Shown here: positions 54,101-64,000 of the stretch, piece by piece | Position numbering within the stretch: position 1 is the stretch's first letter | Layout: every line of letters begins with the position of its first letter | Assembly: GCF_964355755.1 (NCBI RefSeq) | Contig: NC_092671.1 | Span: forward strand, 6,696,001-6,760,000 | DNA: 64,000 nucleotides | Origin: Antedon mediterranea | Taxonomy: Eukaryota > Animalia > Echinodermata | Reading direction: 5' to 3' | Translations under genes and position numbers: made by a program | The notes under the pieces: model-generated | Database searches by the model: none | What the model saw: the letters and a program-made list of their open reading frames with translations, nothing else | Told to the model about the DNA's origin: nothing

Positions 54101-57100
54101 AGAAGGGTCTAAATAGATGACCTGCTGTTGTTTCATTTTAGGCAAAATCTAAATCGGTTCCTTAAGGATTGAGAGTGCACAGGCAGCTTTATTCCATGTG
54201 CCTGTCTATATAAACCCACATTGTCACCCTTATATTTCCATTATGAGGCTTAATGTCCATGGATGACCGGCCCTTGGGTTAATTTGGGCAAATCCATAAG
54301 TGTTCCTTAAGGATCGAGAGTGCAAGGCAGCTTTATTCCATGGACCCCGCCTGTCTATTATGAACCCACATTGTTACCCCTTATATGTCCATTATGGGGC
54401 TTAATGTCCATCCATGGAGGACCTGCCTTTGTGGGTTAATTTGGGTAAATCCATAAGTGTTCCATAAGGATCGAGAGTGCACAGGCAGCTTTATTCCATG
54501 GTTCTGCCTGTCTATATAAACCCACAGTGTCACCCATTATATTTCCATTATGGGGCTTAATGTCCATGGAGGACCGGCCCTTGGGTTAATTTGGGCAAAT
54601 CCATAAATTTTTCTTAAGGATCGAGAGTGCACAGGCAGCTTAATTCATGGGCCGCGCCTGTCTATATGAACTCACAGTGTCACCCCTTATTTATATTTCC
54701 ATTATGGGGCTTAATGTCCATCCATGGAGAACGACCGGCCCTTGGGTTCATTTGGGAAAATCCATAAATGTTATTTAAAGATTGAGGGTGCACATTTAGT
54801 TTTATTCCATAGTTCATCTATGAATTATTTACCCCATACTAATTTCTAATACAGGGCCTTATGTAGCACACCACATAGAGATCCCAAAAGGGTCCTTAGA
54901 GGGTTCATTCGGGCAAATCCATATAGGTTATTTTAGAATCCTTTGTATACAGGAAACTCTTTCCTGTATGGGCCAAACTATATAAAAATTGTGGTCTGTC
55001 TGTGTAGTGAGTTGTGGATTGAGTTTGGCCACCTGGATCTGGCTATGCCCTATCCTGTACGAATTGGTATTCTCTGGTTCTGATGAATAGTAGTTTATTT
55101 TCCAAAAACGAATATTGTAGCCCTAATAATAAATGCAACTGTATAGTGGCAAATCATTGAAGGTCAGCGCAACATTTTAACATCATAACATTTTAATCGT
55201 CATAATATTAATTTTATTATTTATTTTACAGTATTATTATATTAATACATTTAAAATAATGCGCACTAGAAAAAATATAAAAATACCATAACTTCACTGA
55301 TCAAATAACGTGATTACATTTATGAACATCGATCTCATAGTTTGAATAACTTTGCATTATTTAGTATATCATTTATTCAAATGTTGACCTTTGACCCACA
55401 TCAACTTGTGTAATGATAAATGTGCTCTTTTGATTGTGTATGATTGATAGATGTCTTAACAGAATGATAAAACATGACATTTTGTCCTAAATGTTAGTTT
55501 TTATTTGGTTTTAAATGCAAATTGTTTGATTGGTCAATATTGACATTTGACCTTTAATTGCAAAGTATTCGTATTACAATGTTGACCTTTGACCTTAAGT
55601 CAACTGATGAAACTGACTTTATGTCAACTGCTGAAATGATGTATTCGCTCTTTTACATTCCGTATGATTGATTAACAGGATGAGAAAACATCCGATTTTT
55701 ATTAAATATTAGTTTTTATTTGGTTTTATAGGTACGTTCTATGATTGGTCAATATTGACATTTGACCCTTAATCACAAAGGATTTTTTTTTCATAAGGTG
55801 ATTGAATAGACACTTATAATCATAAAAATGTAATAAAAGACCAAATTGTGCTTCAATAAATTTGTTATAATACATATACATAATACATTGTTGTAATTGG
55901 TCAATTTTGAACTTTGACCCCTTATATCTCGAAAACGCTTCCTATCCTGATCGATTACCTTCCATATTCGTAATCTACGGAAAATTCTAGTCTAGAAAAG
56001 TTGGATGGCAATTTGTCCCCTTTCGGGTGGTGATTCCCCCCTCCTGCCACCGGACTAAAGGGTGTTGACCAAGGACAGTTCGAATAATACATCGCTTGTG
56101 ATGGGTCAACCCACTTACATTGCATTACGTCCTTGTGCTGCGTCTCTAGTGGGAACCAAGCATTATTGTTAGTATTGTAACATAAAAAGTGTTACGGTAC
56201 TCACATATGACTGTATAACCATTGCTGCTTTCACCTGTTGAGCCGTTGCTTTTCTCAAGCCAAGCCTTTGTCTTTCTTGGTATCCTTTCCAATGTGCTTG
56301 TATCTTGACTGCAGCATTCACCTGAGATTTCTGTAAGTACTGATTCACATCACCTAGATGAAAGAAAATGTTATTTGTTATCATATCATGCGGCATTCAT
56401 TATATCTTATATTGATTGCTTCTATTCAACCACCAGCTTCTTGAAAATATTTTTGTTCCATGTGATAGGCTGTTAAATAATGTGACTGAAAACCAACCTA
56501 TAAAGTGTGCCGTCTGTAATTGCTCTCTGAATACTCACAACTCATCATCCTACCATATGGCCTAGCCTTTAACAGCAGGTGTGTTGATAAATAATAATAA
56601 TAATAGGCTAATTGACTAATCCATTCAATGAGCTTCCACCTTATGGAATGGAACAGTCGATCTTATAACTCATGAAAACATTCACTATTTGTAAATTATT
56701 TTTACAATACAGGTCACAAATAAAGTTTTAAAATATTCATATTATTAATTACTTGGATGAAGCGCTGCTATCATGTCCAGTTGTTTTTGACGAGAGTCTC
56801 TTAATGCTTGTCGCCTAGAAACCAATAACTGATGGTGCAGCTCTCGCTGACGTCGATCTCTATCCATTTTACGATCACGAACTTCTTGCTTGGCACTGAC
56901 ATAAAATGAAATGACTGATAAGTAATATTAACCCAAAAGATGTATAAGTTCTTTAAAGTGCACATGAGCAAGATGTGTACACTGGACCTGTGGTTTTTAT
57001 TCCTTATCGAGTTCTACCACTAGTGAGCCTCGAACCCATGCCGATGTTATGGATAATGGCTACGTTATTACGGTTTCACTGTATTAACCGCTTGGCCGCT

Positions 57101-60100
57101 CACTCTAACCCTACTGTAACTAATATTACTCGATTAAATTGAATAAAACTACTACTGTATATAACATATAAAATGTATTGACATACCGGAATGTTTTTTG
57201 AAAATTTGTAAAAGCGTTATCAGCTTTTTTGAGCTGCTTCCTTGATTTGTAGCCCTTCCATATCGCTTGAATTGTTACTGCAGCCCGATGAAGTCTCTAA
57301 AAGAACAGTAACTTATTATTTACTGTAACAGGAGTTACAAAAGTTTGAGCTATGATTATTTATAATATATTGAAGTGCTTAAAGTAAATAGTAGTAGTTT
57401 AACTTACTAATAATTGAGCCTGGTGTTCAGATCCAGCATCTAGAAGACCAAGTAATTTCTTTAAATCTCTGCCAAATCCCTGGCCTGTCCACCGGCTTAA
57501 AAGTGGTCGTAAACCTCTAATTGAAAAATTAAAACAATATTTTGAACAGAAACTCAATAGCATTTTGCATAATGTAATCTGAATATTTCTTTTCAAAACA
57601 AATACAACCAAAATATTTTGAAATATAAAAACATATACAAATTCTTTTTAGCTTTTTAGTTGATTGAAATTAATAATAATGATACTTATCAATAATTTCA
57701 CTCCTTACTTGTAACGATTGTAGAGGAGTTGTATAAGAGGCGGATGCACATCAGCAATGTTGACAAGCGCCCTCGTCGCTGCTGCTCCAACCTCTGCATC
57801 ATTAAACGCAGACAGTTTATAAATCATCTCGTCCAGTAAACTAAACACAACCTTGTCCGATACGGATTGTAGGACCAATCTATAAAGACACAGTACATCA
57901 GTATTATTATTTTATGAAAGCCAAATATCATCAGGTAGTTATACAACATGTTTTTGTTGGCATTATAGGCAAATCCAAACAAGGTTCCTCGGTTTTTATA
58001 TTATCATTAAGAATCACAAGGTAGCTAATACATATCTCTAAATAACTCAAATGTAACCATAATAATTTTACACTCTTACATCCAACAACTTCACTACTTG
58101 CATAAAGCTGTCCTACTATAATTTATCAATCATGCAAATTTCACTATACTGTACATACAGAAAAACTATTGTGTATTCCTTTTAATTTAACAAAATTGCA
58201 AACAATATCACATAGACTACTGTAAGTCCAGCACTTTAAATTGTTAGGGTCTAGGTCTCTTATTTAAAATCCTGGAAATACCATTGGTAAGAAGGGCAAT
58301 TATGTCATTTAAAAGAATGATTTGACTTACACATTAACTCTTACACAATTTTGAATGAGTCCTAACAGTACAATGGATGTCTCCTTATCATCAGTAATGA
58401 GCATTTGAAGTAAGTAATTGGAACGAAGTACTAATATGGTAAAAATGAAATTGCAATAAAATTAAACGTTTATAATACAAATAAAATAATATTACACATT
58501 ATACAAATAAGTTTGATGCTACCAAGAAAGCTGAACATTAAAGATGTATTGTCCCCCTGACAAAATACTTCTTAAACAAATTTTTGTTGAATATGCCATT
58601 TTAATGTCACATAATAGTTATCAACTTTTACCAAAAATTAGATAGAAAAACAATTTATTTACCTGAAAAAAACTGTAATTTAAAGCAAGAATAGTAAAAT
58701 TGGCTGCCAGCCAATTTTATTTGAATTTAACCATTTATTTTGTTTTTATAAGTGAACACATTATTTTTTCCATTTTTCACCCTACAGAAGTGATTAACTT
58801 GATTAAAACTACAAAATAACCTATTCATAAATTTATCATGATTTTGGGGGACAATACAGTGCATCTTTAATAAAAATGCAAAAAAACAAAAACCAACCGT
58901 GTGTTGTCAAGAAGATGTGTGCACTATACAGACATCGCAGTGCTTCCATCACTTCTTGAAAATCTTTTATCAAATCATCTTTCAGTTTCAAGGTCTTCTC
59001 TGGAATCTTGGTGTACCTGTGCTGGATGTTACGACACAAAATCAGCAGCCGCTCACATGACTCGGGCAGAAAGATAGCATAGAACTCATGTGATTCTGAG
59101 GGATCCAAACCAACTGAGCATTGTCTGGAGTATAGAGAAAAATAATGAGAAATGATCAAATTAACTTGGTTGCCCTGTTGAATATAATATTTCTATTTTT
59201 ATATATTTGAATAATGGGTGAGGTGTTTTCAGTTAACATTGATGGTATTGACATGAAGAAGAAAAATTGTAATAAAGAAACCAGTTTAAAGATATATTGT
59301 CCCCCTAAATAATTTTTACGAAAAAAAAATATTTACCTGAAAAAAATGTAACTTAAGCCAAAAAAATGCTTAAATTGGTTTTGGTTAAATAAATAAATTC
59401 ACTTTTCACAAGTGAAATAATTTAGTTTTTTTTACAGAGGTGACAAATATTAAAACTGCAAAATGGCTTATTTAAATTAAGTCTAATATTAATCTTCATT
59501 GTTCATGTTTCTGGGGAAAAATACATCTTTTTAAAAGAAAAAATTGGCTGTTAAATACTAACGCTAATATTTTTGACAATGATGCTGCTGTGTCCCATTT
59601 ACCAGTTATCTGTGAGAAATCTTGTTTTAATGCAATGAGCACACTAGGTAAAAGATCTAGCCCCCAGATGGTCTTCTTAATGGCAGAAGCATTTGCTGAT
59701 CCAGGTACAACTGTGTCAAGAATATCTGAAATAAAACAATTTAAATTTAAGTGCAATTTAAATGCAACAAAGCATAACCAGCAGAAATTACATACATAGC
59801 GTGGCGACCATATTTTCAGGAGACAAGTTAAAGTATTTCAAATAGCGTGAATCGTTCAAATCATGCATAACCATGGGGTTCCTTTTAGTCAACTGTCTGG
59901 AGGAACTATTTTTAGGCGGCCGCTCAACTTCGCAGCGGCCGATATGACAAAAAAAAAGGCCTAGGCCTAGGGCCTATATAGGCCCTAACCTAGCCTCTAA
60001 ATCTAGCCTAGGCTAGGGCTAGGGCCTAGAGGCCTCTAGGCCTAGACTAGTAATTTATAACAAAACAAACAACATTTTCACCTTGTAATCCTAAGAGCAA

Positions 60101-60199
60101 CAATGGGACATTTCGATCAGACTTTTCAGCTACAACTTGTGCTGCAAGGTCTGCTACACGCTTTATTTCAAATTCTTTGTTTTTCGATAAATTCGACAT
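48120..60199 (-). CDS. IQCB1: IQ calmodulin-binding motif protein 1 (nephrocystin-5), 12 exons, about 592 aa
   Basis: Exons 60082-60199, 59563-59725, 58898-59124, 58331-58430, 57709-57879, 57408-57516, 57187-57296, 56753-56895, 56205-56353, 49944-50075, 48740-48896, 48120-48319. Motifs CSVGLDP..EFY..LP, YKGLRPLLS, IQ motifs IQAIWKGYKSRK and IQAHWKGYQER, and C-terminal QPWWRK. Confidence 0.93.
49021..49625. mobile_element. piggyBac-like non-autonomous element
   Basis: TTAA-CACGTTCACTGCCA ... TGGCAGTCAATGTG-TTAA, with four internal GACGTA-N4-TACGT palindromes. Confidence 0.8.
51529..53929. mobile_element. hAT-like non-autonomous element with a 5-bp TSD (hAT5-like)
   Basis: GGTTC-CAGGCCCGTAGCCAGG ... 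CCTGGCTACGGCCCTG-GGTTC, with subterminal CGAACCCCCC repeats. Confidence 0.8.
52042..53377 (-). mobile_element. Non-autonomous Helitron
   Basis: The minus strand starts A|TCTATATATAAATC and ends with the hairpin GGTACGCGAGCGAAGCGAGCGTACC-AT-CTAG|T; insertion at A^T with no TSD. Confidence 0.75.
53930..54930. repeat. Tandem repeat of about 150 bp (5-6 copies) inside the nested transposon stack
   Basis: AAGGAT(C/T)GAGAGTGCACAGGCAGCTTTATTCCATG... recurs at about 53940, 54161, 54307, 54466, 54614 and 54776. Confidence 0.9.
56945..57105 (-). mobile_element. Meta-domain-like SINE fragment
   Basis: GTTCTTTAAAGTGCACA..GTGTACACTGGACCT..CCTTATC..CCTCGAACCC..TTAACCGCTTGGCC aligns to 63562-63735. Confidence 0.7.
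58542..58866. mobile_element. TTAA-flanked Kolobok/T2-like MITE
   Basis: TTAA-AGATGTATTGTCCCC ... GGGGACAATACAGTGCATCT-TTAA. A sister copy lies at about 59290-59530. Confidence 0.75.
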
Positions 60200-60405
60200 G
60201 TTTCAAATCTCTTGCTAGCTACAAAAAATACATAAATCTAGACATATCACCCCCTCAACGCGCGGTACTGAATTTAAAATCCAGACGTCAGAATTAGACA
60301 GATTAGAGGGTAAAGGTAGATGTCTGGATAAACTAGACTACTTTATGGTAGAACGGAGCGATGCCGATGGTGGCGGAAACGATTTTGGAACTGTAAAAAA
60401 AAAGC

Positions 60406-61335
60406 ATGTCTCGTTTAATTTCTTTATATTTAAGAAAGTTGCAATGTTCAATACGGAATTTTGATCGGTGGCTACAATCAATTGGCTCCGGCCAACCCCC
60501 ATTAGGTATGAGACATTATTAATGGTTGAGTTGCATTCTTTGAAGTTAGGTTAGGCCTAGGCCTCTCTGGCTCACTCACTCTCTCCCCTATCATCAATAC
60601 AAAAGAGAAAGACCGACGGCGGGTGAAATTTCTAGTCGCTTCGTCCCTAACCTGCAATTCAGAGGTTGAACAGACTTTGACCATGTAAAATAAACTTGAT
60701 TATTAACTTATCCTCTTGTTGTTTAATTGGCATTTATTTGTTTATTTTCATTAATGATACATAAAACTACTTTAAATTCCTTTTTTTAAAGGTGGTATTC
60801 CAGCATTAGCCGGAGTCTCAAATCTTCCTTTGAAAACACAACCACTACCAGACTATAGCAGTATATTTGATGGTATATTTTGGGCTGTACCAAAAAGACG
60901 AAGATCAATTCAAAGAAATCGTACTCGAAGAAGAGCAATTGAAAAGAAAATTGTACCTGTTACAGATATAATTCCATGTTCAGAATGTGGCCATCCAAAA
61001 AGGAAAGAATATTTGTGCAGGTAAAGTATTAACATTTTACCATTTACTCCAAAGAAAGAAATGTACTGTAAAATATATTATAATATATATATATATTAAA
61101 CATATTTCTTTACAGTCATTGCTTGATAAGAATAAGAGAAGAAACCAGTGAAATTCAAAAACAGATGTTTAAAGATCTAGAAGAAAGCGGCGATTTACCA
61201 GATAAAAAGATTGTGGTTCTATATGAAGGAGAGGAAGAAAAAGATAAGGGCGACGGTGTTCAAGTAGTGGAGGTGAAAAAAGCAAGACCATCCTGGTTTC
61301 CAAAAGGATTATTATTAAATGTTAGTAGGAGGTAA
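60406..61335 (+). CDS. MRPL32: Mitochondrial ribosomal protein L32 (bL32m), about 182 aa
   Basis: Exons 60406-60505, 60792-61020, 61116-61335. Basic presequence, then WAVPKRRRS..R..RR and the zinc motif CSEC-x9-CSHC. Confidence 0.93.
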
Positions 61336-61873
61336 AACTCCAGTTTGCACCGAAAATCAACTTTATTTCAATTAAGGAAATCATCATTTCTATATTTGGT
61401 TTAAGAAATAAATCTTAACTATGATCACTTGTTCAAACAGAGTTTAATATCAATTGTACATTACTACTTAAGTACCGTCAACCTATGTTATAATAAATGC
61501 ATGAATGCTAAAATAAATGCAGTTTTAAATGTGTATGTGTAGTATTTGAAAATTGTAACAATGTGAATAACAGCCGCCTACAGTAATTACTATGACAGCA
61601 GATGAAGAATTAAAACCCCTATAAATGGTTAACTAAGTTTTTTACTACATCCCATATTTGAATTAAATATTTTCATAATGCGCTATAGGCTATCATTTTA
61701 TTATTTAGGCAAAAAGTCTCAACCATTTAGATCAGTCGTTCATCTCAAGCTAAAGTTTTGATGAATGCATTTTTAATTAATAAAAAGAGAAGTACATGGA
61801 CCTCTTAGCGACGAGGCTGTAAAGTAAATACTGATCTTGCTGACGACAGACGATTAGGCCATACAACGTCAAC

Positions 61874-64000
61874 TTATGTAATTTCGGTAACACCAACACT
61901 ACTGGACATGTGTTTGTTATGAAACTTCCTCCAAGCCATCATGACCTAATTAATAAATAAAAATGTATAAAATAATATACAATAAGTACATACTTAGGCC
62001 TAGTACTTATTGTCTAATTTCGGTATAAGAAAATCATATCACCAGTAAAAAACACTGAAAGATTGTGTTCATAAACATACTAAATTAAAGATGTATTGTC
62101 CCTTTGACTAATTCCAAAATAATGTGGGTCATTTTGAAGTATCATAATAGTTATTAACTTTCACCAAAGGTTTTGTTTGTTTTTATTTTTGGGGAAAACT
62201 AAACGATAAATTCAACAATGTTTTATTAGAAATGTCACCTCTTTGCTCATAAAACACTGTGTAAACCAGATCAGGAATCCTTGCAGAGAGGTTGACAACA
62301 CAAACAGGTACAGCAAAACACTGGAGTCATTAAAGAGAGTTAGAATACCGAATATCCACGTCAGTCCAACAGCAGGCGTCAGAAGAAGAATTCTATACAG
62401 GAGGTTCCTAAACCAAAACGAAAAATTAATATTTATAAAGCTTGGTTCCCACTAGAACGTAACGCAAGGACGTAAACGCAACGCAAGCGTTTTAAAGCTT
62501 GGTTCCCACTAGAAAGTAACGCAAGGACGTAAACGTAACGCAAGCGTTTTAACCAATGACAAGCGAAGTTATAGACAGTTAGCAATCACAAGCGAATAAG
62601 TCATCGCTTGTGATTGGTCAATTCACTTGCGTTGCGTTACGTCCTTGTGTTGCGTCGCTAGTGGGAACCACGCTTTATTTGTTTAAAACGATAAATTGAT
62701 AAATATGAATATCAACATATTTTGTTGAATTACCTAATAAATGCCCTATTACACTCATGGTTGTTGGATTATAGTTTATTACAATAAAACCATGGTTATT
62801 ATTATAATTGACTATGATGAACTACTGAAGTAGATATAGATACCGAGAATCGACTTCCCACACAAGCATTAGGCTTAAGGCACACCTTACTGATTGTCGT
62901 AATTGTAAATTTAACACGTGTTAATTTAAGTAAAACTTACCGGATCTGTCTAAGTTTACCTATTTCTTCTTCAGATTGGTGAGGCGTACGAGCTTTTTTG
63001 TATGCTACATATCCTATTTTGCTCAGTTGAAGTGAAACAATCTAATAAAAGACACATTCATTGAAGACCGTTAAAAGTTGTTGAAAAAATCTGAAATTAA
63101 CCAATCCACACTCATGGAAAAAATAACAAAAATAGATATTATTTCTTCCGTTTGAAATATCTTACGCTCAACTTTACGATACATACCGTTATTGATAGAA
63201 TAACAGGAACTACGAATGCCCACGTGACTCCATAATCAACATTTAACCAGCAACTAAAGCAATAACAACAAAAACACTTTATTAAGTTTTGTATTCAGTT
63301 ATCATTCGATGAATTATATGTTTCATTAGTTAGAAATGAAAGTAAAAAGCGGAGACAACATAAAATGTGACGTTAATAATGTTTACAATAAAGTATATTG
63401 CGCTCCTATATTTTATTTTATGTCTTTGGCAATGTGGCCAAGGATTACCAATAGTGAATTAATCACTGTCCTATCAGATAGGTGGTACTCCCCCTGATAC
63501 AGGGGCTATTTTGTGAACCAGTTCACCGGGGTACCCCCTACTCTTTTCGAATAATGAACTGGGTTCTTTAAAGTGCACACAGGTTATAACTGTGTACACT
63601 GGACCTACGGTTTATAGTCCTTATCCGAGAAGACTTGTTCCACCACCAGAACTTGGAGCGAGTCGGCCTCGAACCCTTGCCGATGTTGTTGGCTTTAGTA
63701 CGGTAAACGGCGCCCCTGCCTTAACCGCTCGGCCATTTGACTCTGTGCGAAAATGGACTATACCGAGTAAAAAGTAATAATGGAGTAAAAAAACAATAAT
63801 GAGGGGAACAGAATTGTCACCTCTTAGATGCATAGCTCTCCCTCATGATACCGACTGTAATAGCGACAATTAACAGAGGAAATATCCAACCAAATATTCG
63901 AAAAAATCTGAATCTTTTTTCAGCATCATGAAATACATATTGGATAGACATGTACATGTCGGTAGACAATGACGTCATCCAAGTAAAGGCCACGAGCAGA
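61874..64000 (-). CDS. Adhesion (family B2) GPCR, TM3 to C-terminus; 5' part lies outside the window
   Basis: Exons 63821-64000, 63187-63253, 62941-63041, 62239-62407, 61874-61945 join in frame: LLVAFTWM..FGWIFPLLIVAIT..CWLNVDYGVTWAFVVP..VGLTWIFGIL..YLFVLSTSLQGFLIW..CFMSKEV. Confidence 0.92.
62439..62674. mobile_element. Harbinger-like MITE family B with a duplicated left end
   Basis: AGCTTGGTTCCCACTAG at 62439 and 62496; right end CTAGTGGGAACCACGCT. The right half also occurs at about 56060-56163. Confidence 0.8.
63447..63750 (-). mobile_element. tRNA-headed Meta-domain-like SINE, best-preserved copy
   Basis: Minus strand: TGGCCGAGCGGTTAAGGC (A box), GGTTCGAGGCC (B box), TCTCGGATAAGGACTATAAACCGTAGGTCC..GCACTTTAAAGAACCC. 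Confidence 0.8.

Larger units (their letters stand above)
50583..56057. mobile_element. DNA transposon of about 5.5 kb with long inverted repeats (non-autonomous, carrying nested elements)
   Basis: 50583-50735 is the near-perfect reverse complement of 55896-56047. The right terminus reads TAGTCCGGTGGCAGG on the minus strand; subterminal TGACCTTTGACC repeats are present. Confidence 0.85.

Overview
AT-rich, intron-containing animal genomic DNA. An invertebrate deuterostome, probably an echinoderm, is inferred from the gene set, the SINE types and the rhodopsin-GPCR expansion; this is not proven. Spliced genes reconstructed by hand, with GT-AG boundaries and reading-frame continuity checked: the 3' end of MYD88 (+), four tandem rhodopsin-type GPCR paralogues (+), GTPBP4/NOG1 (-, 14 exons), HP1/CBX (+), an SH3-less SKAP paralogue (-), a full SKAP1/2 gene (-), SMUG1 (+), IQCB1/NPHP5 (-), MRPL32 (+), and the 3' end of an adhesion GPCR (-) that the ORF track missed. 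Most notable observations: (1) two near-identical intronic H/ACA snoRNAs in GTPBP4 whose pocket matches the snR5/SNORA52 28S target; (2) a CBX-SKAP-SMUG1 block matching the genes that flank vertebrate HOX clusters; (3) a SKAP duplicate that keeps the dimerisation and PH domains but has lost the SH3; (4) GPCR start codons on a 4-nt coding exon, mutated to CTG in copy 4; (5) a 2.3-kb array built from two alternating hairpins; (6) a nested transposon stack (long-TIR element > tandem-repeat element > hAT5-like element > Helitron) in an IQCB1 intron. I found no autonomous transposase, CRISPR array or prokaryotic system, and nothing here is demonstrated to be a wholly new system.
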